A stretch of 59,898 bases of DNA, taken from positions 73,686,304 through 73,746,201 of the forward strand of contig NC_068989.1 in NCBI RefSeq assembly GCF_001194135.2, read 5' to 3'. Positions within the stretch are counted from its first letter, which is position 1, and the number at the start of each line of letters is the position of its first letter. The DNA is from Octopus bimaculoides (taxonomy: Eukaryota). This document shows positions 1 through 12,900 of this stretch, piece by piece. The notes under the pieces were generated by a model. That model searched no databases and was not told the DNA's origin. It saw only the letters and a program-made list of their open reading frames with translations. A program made the position numbers and the translations under genes.

Positions 1-1444
1 CGCAGTTTATTTATTTATTTATATTATTCTATTGTATTTTTAATCGATTTTTATTCTTATGTATAAAAATTTTAACTTCCCTTTACTAATTTGGTTTTGT
101 GGTCTATGTTGTACTTCTTATATGTGATCATTGATGGGCTACGGCTTTTTGAGTCGATGACCTAACGGTTTTATTCTGCAATTAACTTTGTACCTATGTC
201 TCAACTAGTTTGAGCACTTCTTTTACAGCCTTGTATAAATTCTTGGTTTTCTAATACAAAACTGTTAATATTGAATAATTATATATATATATATATATAC
301 TACACACACGCACACACACACACGTGCGTGTGTGTGTGTGTGCGTGTTGTCTGGCGAGTAAGCAGAAATTTCGAAGTCCGTGACAACCCTTTCTTTGTAA
401 AAGTTTAATAAACATGTCCTCTACTAAAAAGAATTCAGTAATCCTTCCGTTTAATTTAAATTGCTAACACACACACAAACACACACACACATGTACATAT
501 ACACACATGTACATATACAAGCAATTTAAGATATGTTTATTAAACTTTTACAAGAAATAGGTTGTGAGAGGCTTCGAAACTTCTGCACATTTTGGTAGGT
601 TGGACTGGAGAATATGACCCACCGACACAACGTCTGTATATTACTGCTACTTATTTGATCGAATTGCATGTAGTTTAAAAAGACAGACTTGATTTCTGCA
701 GTCACTGAGTGAGGGGACTGGGAAAGAGAATGCAAGAGGGGGGGGGGAAGCTGAAAGCTCAGATGTATTACTAGTCAGCCAGTTTGACATGGTAATATTC
801 GATACTCTTACTTTAAAGGTCATTAGCAGAACATTCCTGTTGATTTTTCCGCAAATGAAAATAAACTGTTCTTTTATAAGGTCAGTTTGTTCAGCTTATA
901 TGAATATCACATCAGAGGTCAGTAAAAACAGGAAGCATTTAACGTCCAAAAATTCAGAAGCTGCCAATAATATTTTATAGATTTTGAGCTGGAGTCAACT
1001 TTGAAAATTATTATCTTTTCTCAGACCGATAAAACAAGTATTAGCCATGTAGCAAGATGAAAATAATGGACATTTCTCTAAAAACATAGCAATTTTATGA
1101 TCTTGTGCTATTCTAGAAAACTGTTTATAAATATTGATACCCTCGCTTAAGTCTTGTAATTGCCGTTTGTGATACAAGTATCAACTGAGTGAGTGAAGTC
1201 AATGGAATATACAAAAAAGCTACTCACAAAAGTTTGCGTTCTTTTGCCAATCTAGGAAACGAGGTTTCTATCAATGTTGATACTACGTTGAAGCCGTAGA
1301 TTTGCTATCTGTGATAATCTTTTATTGGTTTATTGCGACCTGAAATCACACACAAGCTGGAGTGTGGAACGTAGATCAGAATGTTTATCTATCTATCTAT
1401 CTATCATCCATCTACATATGTGTGTGTATGTATATGTATATATA

Positions 1445-1881
1445 TTCTTTTACTTAGTTCAGTCATTTCACTGTGGCCGTGCTGGAGCGCCTCCTTTAGT
1501 TGAACAAATCGACCCCAGATCTTATTCTTTGTAAGGCTAGTACTTATTCTATCGGTCCCCTATGCTGAACCGATAAGTTATGGGGATGTAAACACCAACC
1601 TCGGTTATTAAGCGATGGTGGGGGTACAAACGGTGACACACAAACACATACATACACACACACCGCCTGTAACTGCCCCACCGAACTCATCTCCAGATAT
1701 CTTGACCGTGTCCTTGCCCCCACTCTTTTGTTTTTTGTAAATTCTAACGATATATATATATGCGACGGGCTTCTTTCAGTTTCCGTCTACCAAATCCACC
1801 CATGAGGCTTTGGTCGACCCAGAGCTATAGCAGAAAACACTTGCCCAAGCTGCCACGCAGTCGTACTAAACTCGGAACCAT
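1445..1881 (-). mobile_element. CORE-type SINE family D with internal microsatellite and an inserted fragment
   Basis: acacttgcccaag CORE motif, ctttcagtttccgtctaccaaatcc body and tail shared with 38929-39357, 46035-46352 and 57525-57945. Confidence 0.8.
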
Positions 1882-2027
1882 GAGTTTTGGATAATTCTTA
1901 ATTAGCTCTTTTGTTCGTTTAAACGAATTCTTCAAGACAAGAATTAAAATCGAAATCAAAATTTTAATTATTATCTTGAAGAATTAAACGAACGAAAGCG
2001 TTAATAATAAAGAATTATCCAAAATTC
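1882..2027. repeat. AT-rich foldback element (MITE-like)
   Basis: Arms ttttggataattctt...gttcgtttaa...ttcttcaaga...aattaaaat and its reverse complement. Confidence 0.75.
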
Positions 2028-2879
2028 TGACTGCCTCCTTTTTTGTCGATATACAATATCTGTACACCACTTTAAACACTACACACACACACACACACAC
2101 GAAATTGCTTTGTATTCTCAGTCAGAATTTGTTCTTACGTTTCCTTGTTTCTTTTCGGCATACGAAACATGCAGGTTGGAAATAGAGGTTTGCTTCAGAA
2201 ATAACACACGTTTACAGATTTATCAGAATTGGAGACTCAAAGACGGCGAAGCTAACAAGAAACGCTTGTTGCAATCTTCTAAAAATATTTACGTGGCCAA
2301 TGTTATTAACAGCTTCTGGACCAGACAATCAATAGCCTTCACGAAAGATAAACGGCTACACATTCACATACACAAACACGCATACATATACATATATGCG
2401 TAGACTGGTGCCCACTCACTCACAAATTTTAAAATATAATACCACAAATACACACATGCATACACAGACTCCCAGACATTAATTACATTGGGGTGAGGTG
2501 GGAGGAACGTAGACGAATATATTCTTATTCACATATATTTCGGTGTGTATGTATATATTACGCTTGAAAAATCGCACAAACACTCACAGTGCAAAGTTTA
2601 CATATATAATAGCATGAACAAAATACTGACAAAAATATATATGCACACACATATATTCATCTCATCACGCATTAATGTATGTATATATATATATGTGTGT
2701 GTGTGTGCATGTACATGTATTCTCTAGTGCTTGTAAGCAAAAAAGCTAGGATCATAGTGTATGTATGTATGTATATTATATTATATATATATATATCTTG
2801 TATTTATGCATATATGTATATATATATATTTATATTTATGCACACATACAAACACACATTCGTCATGGTGGACCGCTGA

Positions 2880-3047
2880 AATCCAAAAGTTCTTTTCATT
2901 CTCTTTCTGTTTTATTTTCTCTTATTCTTTTCTATAGAAGAGCGTAGGCTCGAAACGTAAAAGACTTTCATTTTCCCGAGCGTCAAACTAATACACTTGC
3001 TTGTTGTTCATACACCTGTCTTCACCTTTTGTTTTTCCATAAATTCC

Positions 3048-3050
<3 letters not shown>
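2880..3050 (+). mobile_element. PLE-type terminal repeat fragment ending in (TA)n
   Basis: Carries the HHR relic; its 3' part (aaagactttc...cccgagcgtca...cacctgtc) recurs inverted at 34630-34725. Confidence 0.5.
2927..2964 (+). ncRNA. Degenerate hammerhead motif (core mutated to CUAUAGA)
   Basis: tttt CTATAGA A GAGC-gtag-GCTC GAAA CG TA^ AAAG: perfect helix II, GAAA-CG-UA and helix I present, two core substitutions. Confidence 0.5.
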
Positions 3051-3092
<42 letters not shown>

Positions 3093-3711
3093 CATATATG
3101 TATAAAATATATATACATGTATATACATCTATTTATGTATTATCAATATATATATATATATATATATGTACATACATATATACACGTGTGTATCTGTCTC
3201 TCTCTCTGTCTCTTTTTCTCTCTCTATCCACATGTACACACATGATGTGTTTGTGTTTGTGTGTGGAACTTGTGCTGCGATCTATGAATGAAATATATTT
3301 CTTGATAAATATTAAGAATTCTTCTAAGTACTTATCCGAAAACTCCGTCAACGTGAAAGAATAATAGATAAGATTCATACGCTGTGCAGTATTAATCATG
3401 TACAGCAATATTATTATTATTATAACTGTTGATGATATTATTATCATTAATAATAATAATAATGATAATAATAATAAACACGTAATACCACCATATGGCC
3501 TTGGGAAACATTACACAATCCTATTTATTTTTCGTTATAAGTCGACGACCTTTGAATTACTTTATTTTACGAAAGAAATCAATATCATATATATATATAT
3601 ATATATATATATCTGTAAAAATATGTGACACTTATATGCGTGTATGTATGTTTGGTGATGCATACAGGAAAAATAGAAGTAAAACAACATGAGTACATAC
3701 ACACGTTAACA

Positions 3712-3886
3712 AAGTAACAAAATGACTCAAGAGCTCAGAGTTTCGTGCGTTAGTACTTATCAAACTAGTTACAGATCGAGGTAAATACAATTATCACCAG
3801 TTATATACATTTACAACCCCTCTATCAGTAACTAGTTTGATAAGTGCTAACATACGGAACTCGGTCCTTGAGTCACTCTGTTGCTT
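3712..3886. repeat. Imperfect foldback inverted repeat (about 70-bp arms)
   Basis: gactcaag...gttagtacttatcaaactagttac pairs with gtaactagtttgataagtgctaac...cttgagtc. Confidence 0.85.
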
Positions 3887-5114
3887 CTGCTCAATATTAA
3901 TAGAAAAATATACATTTGTTTGTAATGCACCTGTGTCTGTCTGTCTGTCTGGGGCAGAGAGTGTGCACTCTGCGTGGTGAGTAAAAATGCTTGTCACTCG
4001 ATGCACAGAAACACCAAATCCCCCTCAGATCCTTTCCAGTCAAATTTCCTTCATATTGCTTGTATGTGTGTATGTATGAATGTGCGAGTGTTTGCCGTGT
4101 GCGTGTTTGTACGCAGCCATGGGGACATCATAAATACGGTGCTTAGTCTAGCTTCAAATCCTGTAGCGTGTTGATAATTCCCGCTGTATCCATGCGTGCC
4201 TGTGGTTCAGACTTGATGATTATTGTGTGAGGTTTTAAGCCTTTCGCTTCTTAGTGGTTATTATAGTTAACAGATTCTACTTCTCAAACTGTGCACGAAG
4301 GAGAAAAATAATTGATGAGATTATAAACCAGGCTTGCACATGCGTGATGCACTTAACTGAACTGTCGGTCGGTCCGTCTGTGTGCAGGAGAATGCTTGCT
4401 TAGGTTTCCCTTTGCAGCTTAAGACGAATCCGGATTGCTATTTAATTAATTATTTAATTAATTATTATATAATGAAGTGATAAACAGAAATACACATCTG
4501 TTGCGTGTAAGATAGTTCTTTAGAACACAAAAACTCAACTTAGATACGAACTTCAAATTTGTTTGTACGACATTCCTAAAAATCTCTTCTTACAATTTCC
4601 ATTCAGTTAGACTGTGTAGAATATTAAGACGGTTTAAATTACATTGACTAATATTTAGAATTATTCGTAACTACTTAATTATATAATAGCGTAGGACAAG
4701 ATGACATATTGGTTTATTACTTCACTGTTATATGTTTAAATCATGCCTAGATACCTGTGTGTAACGTGGCTTCTGAGTTTTGAACCACCTCGCTCCGACC
4801 TCCAGTATAGGAACACGTCCTAACTATATTGCCACAAAGACTAAGCATAAGAAATTAACTGTCACGGCAAAAAAGTATTAACGCCTTCATGAACCCGGTT
4901 TGAGCAATCAGTACAATTGTTGTATAACTAAATAAGCGGTAGATTTGAAAGTAAGTCTTGTGAATCATGCTGCCAAATAGTTCTGTCGAAGGTTTTAGAA
5001 GTTTGACTGAATATTATAAAAATTAAGATATAGAACAACTGCAGATGCTACACAGAACTCGGTCGGTCTGTTTTGTGATATGGTGTCCTCACTCTTTCTA
5101 CTTATTCTGTCTTA

Positions 5115-5180
5115 TGACGTAGTGGTTAAGGGTGCGGGCTACTTACCCCAAGATTCCGAGTTCGATTCCAGGCAGTGACA

Positions 5181-5217
<37 letters not shown>

Positions 5218-5350
5218 TCGAAAAATACCTTAGGAATGAGAACCCAGGTTCGAAATTTTCCCAATACACCTGATGAAGGCTGGAGGGTATATCAGACGAA
5301 AGTTGTGTTAACAACAAACGAGATGAGGACAAATATCCGTTAAATGTAAA
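5115..5350 (+). mobile_element. Composite SINE-like element: tRNA-like head, (AAT)n, then HHR-containing PLE-type tail
   Basis: A-box-like tgacgtagtggttaag at 5115 and B-box gttcgattcc at 5160-5169, AAT run about 5181-5213, HHR at 5266-5308. Confidence 0.55.
5266..5308 (+). ncRNA. Degenerate minimal type I hammerhead motif
   Basis: ACAC CUGAUGA A GGCUG-gagggtatat-CAGAC GAAA G UU GUGU: core intact, helix I ACAC/GUGU, one mismatch in helix II, helix III lacks the C of the usual GAAACGU. Confidence 0.6.
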
Positions 5351-5456
5351 TAATGTATTCGAGTTATATTTTGGCTCTTATTTCTAGCAATTGTAGGTGC
5401 TACTTTGCACCCGTATATATATAAACTAGTGTGATATTATTAGTGGGAATTCTTAC

Positions 5457-5542
5457 CTTCATCTCTGCAACTTTAGCTTCTGACTCTCTGCTTTTGTTCA
5501 GTTTCTCCGTTATTGAACTTCTTCGTACGTTACCAGTGATAT
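5457..5542 (-). CDS. Internal coding exon (86 nt, phase 1 to phase 0) of the same gene: (D)ITGNVRRSSITEKLNKSRESEAKVAEMK
   Basis: Acceptor ccatctctttcttttcag|AT, donor AAG|gtaaga; the G left by the upstream exon plus AT gives GAT and keeps an open frame. Confidence 0.85.
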
Positions 5543-5789
5543 CTGAAAAGAAAGAGATGGTTTAGATATAGCGCGAAGTCATGTCCGCACACAGAAACCT
5601 TAACAATTACACTACATACCAATATCTTAAAAAAAAAAACCCCGGAAAACAAAGAAAGGAATGGTGTAACATCTCAAAGCAAAGTATGAAAAATGCATTT
5701 CGGTCCTGGATTAAGTTCAAGCACAACTGTTATTGTTACCTTGGAAACGTTCTATTTGTATATTTTATGAATCCTTATTTAGGCTCCAT

Positions 5790-6215
5790 ATAGCTCCTCT
5801 ATAGCAAGACGCCTGCTTCTGCTTCCCTGTCTCTCTGTCACACCCCAACCTTTCATCATCAGACACAAGATTCCCTCCTCAAATGCACCCGCCTCTCTCA
5901 AAATTCTTTATCTTGCAAGTTACTTGGTGATCCTGCCAGTGCTGGTGCCACGTGAAAAGCCCACACTGTAAAGTGGTTGGCATTTGGGAGGGCATCCAGC
6001 TGTAAAAATCATGCCAAAACTGACCTCACCTGTGCTGGTGCCACGTAAAAAGCACTGAGTCCATTCTGCGGGAGTAGTTGGCTTTAGGAAGGGCATCCAG
6101 GTGTAAAAACACTGCCAAAACAGACACAGTAGCCTGGGGTAGTCTTCTATCTGGCCGGCTGCTGTCAACTGTCCTACCCATCCATGCATGGAAGACGCAC
6201 ATTAAACGATTATGA

Positions 6216-6225
<10 letters not shown>
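5790..6225 (+). mobile_element. RTE-type LINE 3' end/3'UTR
   Basis: Internally duplicated gtgctggtgccacg...gggcatccag.tgtaaaa block and terminal catgcatggaagacgcacattaaacgat(gat) tail. Confidence 0.6.
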
Positions 6226-6261
<36 letters not shown>

Positions 6262-6623
6262 TTGTATATAGGTGTGTATATACATCTAAAGTTCACCGTC
6301 ATANNNNNNNNNNAAAGTACGAGTCAAGTACTGGAGCCGATTATGATTCTCGTGTAAATTCGAGGCCTTGTACTCAAGTTAGAAATCATCAACACAAATT
6401 AATCATAAAGGAATAGGGGGAAATTCCTCGTCTGCAGGTGCCAGTTATGGAGAGGCAAAAAAATACATGCAGCTCAAAATCCCTGTTAATTGAAAGGGTG
6501 ATACCCTAAGAGTCAGGCCCCGCCCTACCTTGGTGCTAAAATCCTTTGACGTGCTACAGTACAAAACATCGACTCTTTGGCTAAATGTCCAGTACTTCTA
6601 TCGATATAACCATCTGTCTATAT

Positions 6624-6859
6624 CAGTATTTCTAAACCATTTTTTAATCTATGGATCCCTTTGATTTCTATTCTAATCGGATGGACCCTCCTAGCCATTC
6701 AATGTTTAAAATTCCTATTATAATTTTATAATTACATATTATTAGGAATTGTGTAAAGAAATTAAAATATTTTGTATATTGTAGAAGTTTAACTAATTTT
6801 AACAACAAAATCTTATATGGAGCCCCAAGAGCCATATGGATCCCAGTTGAGAACCACTG
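6624..6859. mobile_element. hAT (Charlie-like) MITE with 8-bp TSD
   Basis: TIRs cagtatttctaaac and gttgagaaccactg; flanks gtctatat (6616-6623) and gtctatgt (6860-6867), 7 of 8 identical. Confidence 0.75.
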
Positions 6860-8146
6860 GTCTATGTTATGAAGGTCATTCGTAAGTCAGAGAAAAATTA
6901 AAAAAATATAAGGGAAGATAACCTGTTTCGTTCGATAAATGGACGCATTCAATCAGTTTCAACTTATCAGACAGTTTACTTTAAGATACACATTATTAAA
7001 TACATGATACAAACAAACCTTTCTTGAAACGTTTGTGTTCGCTCAGTAGGTGGTGGTTTTATGAGATGCTGGTTTGTGAAGAAGTTTCGATTGCACTTTT
7101 AATTGTTATCAATTGCGTTTTCTTTTGAAACAATTAGAGAATTACGCTTTTGTCTACACAGCCATCCTGTTTTCTTTCTAAATGCTTGATCAATGGCTAC
7201 AGTCTTTTCTTTGTCATACATCACGCAGTGGCCAGTAGAACAAGATTTCATTTCAGACCTCAACAAATTCAAGAAATAAATAGTTTATTCCTGTGTTTTC
7301 GTGTTAATCTTTTATCGCTAGTTTTCCTATCCTAGTCTTTTGTGTTGGCTTATCTTATTGTAGCATCATATTGTTAGCAACCTTACATTGTTAGCAATGT
7401 AGTCTTTAGGAAGGAAAGGTTGACGCGGTGCGTGTATGCATGTGTGTATATATACACACACACACACATATAGACAGACAGTTAGGATAGATCAATACGC
7501 AGACATCCATCCATACATACATACAAAAGTACGTACGTGCACATAGAGACAAACAGAGAGATAGATAGATACACAGACAGACAGGCAGATAAATAGATAG
7601 ATAGATAGATAGAACGGGGTGGACAATATCTATTTGTCAATCAGTCTAGTTTTTGACACTACCTGCGAAACTTCGAAGTCACTGTCAATATATGTATTTA
7701 TGTGTGCATGTATGTATGTATGTGCATATGGAATATGGATGTGTGTGTGTGTGTGTGGCATAAACATATTTCGAATTGCCTTGGCTTATGCATCAGCAAC
7801 ATTTGCTTTTTCGCTTGTTTTAAAGAGAATTTATTATTTTCCATTACTATTAAAAAAGAAAGAACAAAAAAAATAATAAACGAAGTGTCGAACCAAATGA
7901 AACATAAGTGATTTGATAATTTAGTGAGTCAAGGGAAGCGATCGATTTTATTCGTACAAAAAAAAAAGACCCAAAAAGTATAAAATATAAAAGACGAAAC
8001 AATTCTATATTTGTTCTTATCTATGACGTCAGCAATCGCTTTATAGTCAATACACTCTTTCACAGACAAAACTGATAAGTATGTTTTAGCGACTAATTAC
8101 ACACGCAAGCACATATACACGCACGCACATGTAAATGTCTGTGTGC

Positions 8147-8185
<39 letters not shown>

Positions 8186-8817
8186 CATATGTGTGTGTTT
8201 GTCTATGTATATATGCATATACACCTATATGCACATACATAAACACATACACACGCATTCGTAGCAAATGGGAATAGAAAGTTTCCAAAGAAACAATAAC
8301 GCTCCTATAGACAGCTAAGTTTTAATAAACTGTTTAATTTGACTCGAAATATATAGACCACAATAGTACATTTTTCACATGTCTTTATCACTTGGAAAAC
8401 CAGCTCCAATAAAATATCGGAAAAGCATTCAGAACTTTTCTCTTTAAAAGTCACGTAGAACAACCACACCTTTGATTTCTCTACAAGGCAGTACGTCAGT
8501 TTTTTCAACTCGCTTGCTATGGACAGTATCACAAAGTTTCAAAGAAGATACGCAGAGATGATGATGACGTATCTTTTTCTCTTCTTTAGTAGATATATAT
8601 TAATCAACCAATTAAATTATGCAGTTATGGGAGCAGAGAAGAACTCTGCTCCCATAACTTAGCGTAAGTCGTAACTCTCGGCATGTTTTCTCAACGAAAA
8701 TCAATTTCAAATTCAGATATGCAAGAAATAGGCGCAAAGAGTGAATCTGATCTTTTGTAGCCTTGTGATTGCTTCGTCCATGTTTCTACCACAAGGATGT
8801 CGCTGTCCTGATCGTCG

Positions 8818-8853
<36 letters not shown>

Positions 8854-9419
8854 TTGTCTGTCTGTCTGTCTATCTGCATGCCTGCATACACAGACGTGCA
8901 CACACAGACACATATGTATGTATCTAAGCTTTATCCCTGCCGTATAACGAGATTTTGATTTTCTTTAAAACTCCAGCCATTTACAAAACTTATATTCCTA
9001 TAAAATCTAACCTTTATAACATACTCTATTATGGATTAAAATAACCTAAGAATCTGTACAATCCTATACTAGTAACATAAATTTAACAAGACAGTAATAA
9101 CGAGCAGAAACAATGTAAGAACACAAACGCATCTAACACAACCGCGGAACTTCTCTCGTCAGCTGCTTATCGGATATCAAAGTGATTTCGACACCTTGAG
9201 AGAAGATTACTACTTCCGATGATGTCAAACAGCCTTAGAAAGTATTTTCTATTGTTGTTTAACGACTATATATAAACAAAACGCTTGTACCTGGACTATA
9301 CATACGTACCTGCACACATACATATACATACATACATATATTGATTTTGAAGTTTCATCGGTAGGACTGAAAGCTAGATTGATTGCTAAATAGATATTGT
9401 TCTCCCTTGTTCGCTATAC

Positions 9420-9450
<31 letters not shown>

Positions 9451-10211
9451 CGTACCTACCTACCTACCTACCTATCTATCTGTCTATCTATCTATGCATG
9501 CATACACACACGTAAGAGAACAGCATTTATCAATCTATCAATCACTCAATCTGTCTACTTACCTACTTATCTATAAACATAGCATACATACGTATGTGTG
9601 TGTAATGTATACATAAAATATTTGTGTATGAGTGTGTGTGTGTATATATGTTGGCCACATACACATCTAAGAAAAAGATTATAAAATAAATAGGAATCCA
9701 ATAACTGCATAAGCTAAGGCAGCAACACATAATGTGAGTAATGTATGGAATATATGTGATCTTCAGATTTTTATCTCACTCTTAAGGTTTTTCGTCCACC
9801 GGTTCTTTTTTCACTTTCTCTCCTCCCCTCTCCCTCTCTCTTACCCTCCATCTCTATCTATTTTCTTTCCTCTCTTTCGAAGTGTATTCCTTCCTCTCAT
9901 CTCTCTTGTACGTAATGGTGCTGAAAAAATAAAACCTCTTCTGCACAAAATTCCTTGGTTAAGTCCATCCCACTTGTGCATGGAAACAGCTTCGCGTTTA
10001 AAGATAAGTAGCTTGGAATATTGCTGTATTTTTCCTCGGCTTCATATTGTTGTGATTTTATTGCTTAATACCGAGCAATTTTCTCCTCACGCCTTTTTAC
10101 ATACACTCATTATTTTCTTATAACAAAACAACAACAACAACAATAATAATAATGATAAAAACGGAATTGTTTTCTTAGTGTATAAATATTTTAGCAACCA
10201 CATCAACACAA

Positions 10212-10281
<70 letters not shown>

Positions 10282-10794
10282 TCACTCACTCACCTTTCCT
10301 TCTCTCTTTTTCTCTCTCCACCGGCTCTTTAATTTTTTTTTTTCATTTTTGACTCACATCACAAGCTTACCTATATAGGTAAAATACGTAGGCACTCTTA
10401 CACGTGCACATTTGTTTTATATGTATAGGAAACATTTACGTAAAGCTATGAACAAAGTACGTATATATAAATCAATCTCTCAATCAGTGCACACACAGTA
10501 GAAGATTTATAGTGTTTTTCCTTCAAGCATAATTTAAAAGGATATATAAAACAGTATAACAAAATGTTACTTGCATTTTTCTATTCACTGATAGCCAAAG
10601 GAGTAGTAGTAGTAGTAGTAGCAGCAGCAGCAGCAGTTGTTGCTGTTGTTTTGTTCTTCAGTATTACAGATCAGCCCTAATTGAGCATACCCAGGGACTA
10701 TGAGAGAGATTTGTTGCAGGAGGGCTTGTGAAATTTTCTGAGGTCTCAATATTTGGATTAATTGAAGACTAGTTTTTGCAGAATGGACACTGGA

Positions 10795-11101
10795 ACTCTG
10801 TCGGTTAAGACGATGAGGGTTCCAGTTGATCCGATCGTTTGTGAAATTAGTATGCAAGTGGTTGAGCGCCCCATAAAACACGCGTACCCTTAACGTAGTT
10901 TACAAGGAGATTCAGCATGACACAGATTGTGACCAGGCTGATCCTTTGAATTACAGGTACAACTCATTTTTGCCAGCCGAGTGGACTGGAGCAGCATGAA
11001 ATGAAGTGTCTTGCTCAAGAATACAACGCGCTGCCAGGAATGAAACTCACAACCTTACGATTGAGAGCTGAACACCCTAACCACTTAGCCACGCGCCTTC
11101 A
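10795..11101 (-). mobile_element. CORE-type tRNA SINE (family C) sharing its 3' tail with family B
   Basis: tRNA-like head, CORE-like cttgagcaagacactt motif, tail tgtaattcaaagg...gatcaactggaaccctc as in family B. Confidence 0.7.
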
Positions 11102-12066
11102 CTACAAAATGGAAGGGAAACACGAAATAAACTTCGAAACCCAAAGACGTTCCAGCTGTATTCACCATTTTTTGGTTCAAACTTAACCAAGCTGTGACTA
11201 CGTTACGAAATGTGTCTTTTCATTATAAAGACGGTATGCCGTAATTTGAGGGAAATTTGGTTTGTTTCTAGAAGATCAATTNNNNNNNNNNNNNNNNNNN
11301 NNNNNNNNNNNNNNNNNNNNNNNNNNNNNNNNNNNNNNNNNNNNNNNNNNNNNNNNNNNNNNNNNNNNNNNNNNNNNNNNNNNNNNNNNNNNNNNNNNNN
11401 NNNNNNNNNNNNNNNNNNNNNNNNNNNNNNNNNNNNNNNNNNNNNNNNNNNNNNNNNNNNNNNNNNNNNNNNNNNNNNNNNNNNNNNNNNNNNNNNNNNN
11501 NNNNNNNNNNNNNNNNNNNNNNNNNNNNNNNNNNNNNNNNNNNNNNNNNNNNNNNNNNNNNNNNNNNNNNNNNNNNNNNNNNNNNNNNNNNNNNNNNNNN
11601 NNNNNNNNNNNNNNNNNNNNNNNNNNNNNNNNNNNNNNNNNNNNNNNNNNNNNNNNNNNNNNNNNNNNNNNNNNNNNNNNNNNNNNNNNNNNNNNNNNNN
11701 NNNNNNNNNNNNNNNNNNNNNNNNNNNNNNNNNNNNNNNNNNNNNNNNNNNNNNNNNNNNNNNNNNNNNNNNNNNNNNNNNNNNNNNNNNNNNNNNNNNN
11801 NNNNNNNNNNNNNNNNNNNNNNNNNNNNNNNNNNNNNNNNNNNNNNNNNNNNNNNNNNNNNNNNNNCTGTGGGACTCGAACTCATATCTTCTGTAAGCAC
11901 GCTATTATATATCGCTTATCAACTTCCCCTGTTAAAAATGTCATGTCTTTCGAAGTTTCTAAATTCATATAGCGGTAATAAATATTTTATTTTATATATG
12001 AGAAAAAATAAAAGTGGTTTTCAGTATTTCAAAATAAGTGAAGTTAACATTTGTTACTTGGTGAAA

Positions 12067-12282
12067 TATTGGTTTCGCATTTCGGTACAAAGCCAACAAA
12101 TTCGGGGGAGGGAGTAAGTCGACACCATCGAGCCCAGTGTTTCACTGGTACTTATTTTATCATTCTCGAAAGGATGAAAGGCAAAGTCAACCTCGGCGGA
12201 ATTTGAACCCAGAACGTAAAGACGGACGAAATGCCGCTGAGCGTTCTCCTGGTGTGCTAACGGTTTTGCCAGCTTGCCGCCC
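12067..12282 (-). mobile_element. tRNA-derived SINE family A
   Basis: Consensus ggcggcgagctggcagaatcgttagcacg...gttctgagttcaaattccgccgaggtcgactttgcctttcatcc, found about 20 times in the window. Confidence 0.8.
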
Positions 12283-12604
12283 TACTTGAAATATTCCCCA
12301 GTTTTTGCTTTTAATAAATGTTGTGACGTAACAACTACGCCTGTCTTTATTTGTATAAAATTTTCGTTTACAGCTTGACTATATTTTATAAATATTTTCA
12401 AAATCAAATATTTCGTCTGCAAATTTTTCAGGATTATACTGCGACTAAAGTGTTGGGATTCGCCGGGCAAGATTAATTGAAGCAGCAGTTCTTTGAAGTA
12501 ATTATTTCAAAGATAGGCACAAGGTCAAAAATTAGGAGTTGATTAACAGCATTGACCCTATTATTTAACTGGTACTTTATTGACCCTTATTATAATATTA
12601 GCGT

Positions 12605-12900
12605 TGCTAATATTGCTATTCAACCTCAGATCATCTCCGATCAAAGGCATCCAAGCAGCAACCATCACGTTTTTGTATTATATTTAAGGACTACATTGTT
12701 CGATACGTCTGTCGCAAAGTGCACCCAAAAGACGGAATGGTCATTGCTGAAATACCTTTGACCACAGGGCTAAACCAACAACATTATGCAAAGCATACCA
12801 AATGGGACACTGCATGCTCGCTCAAACTGATAGAAACAACAGTTAAATTTACTTCAAATCATACCTTGAATGCTTTAAAGACACATTCGACATTGCAGTC
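12605..12900. repeat. Old interspersed repeat family E (related pieces near 11215-11281, 25135-25225, 26803-26990, 37300-37360, 49140-49350, 52990-53075)
   Basis: Recurring gatcaaaggc.ttcca and gaaatagcagccaaatctc-like motifs; class not determined. Confidence 0.45.

Noticed and set aside
620-1180. Faint transposase-like words on the minus strand (CPLFSSCYM, KSIKYY)
   Set aside because: Motifs point to different superfamilies and are too degenerate to call.
2545-3364. YIYI/HTHT/VCVC-type ORFs here and at many other positions
   Set aside because: Translations of dinucleotide microsatellites.
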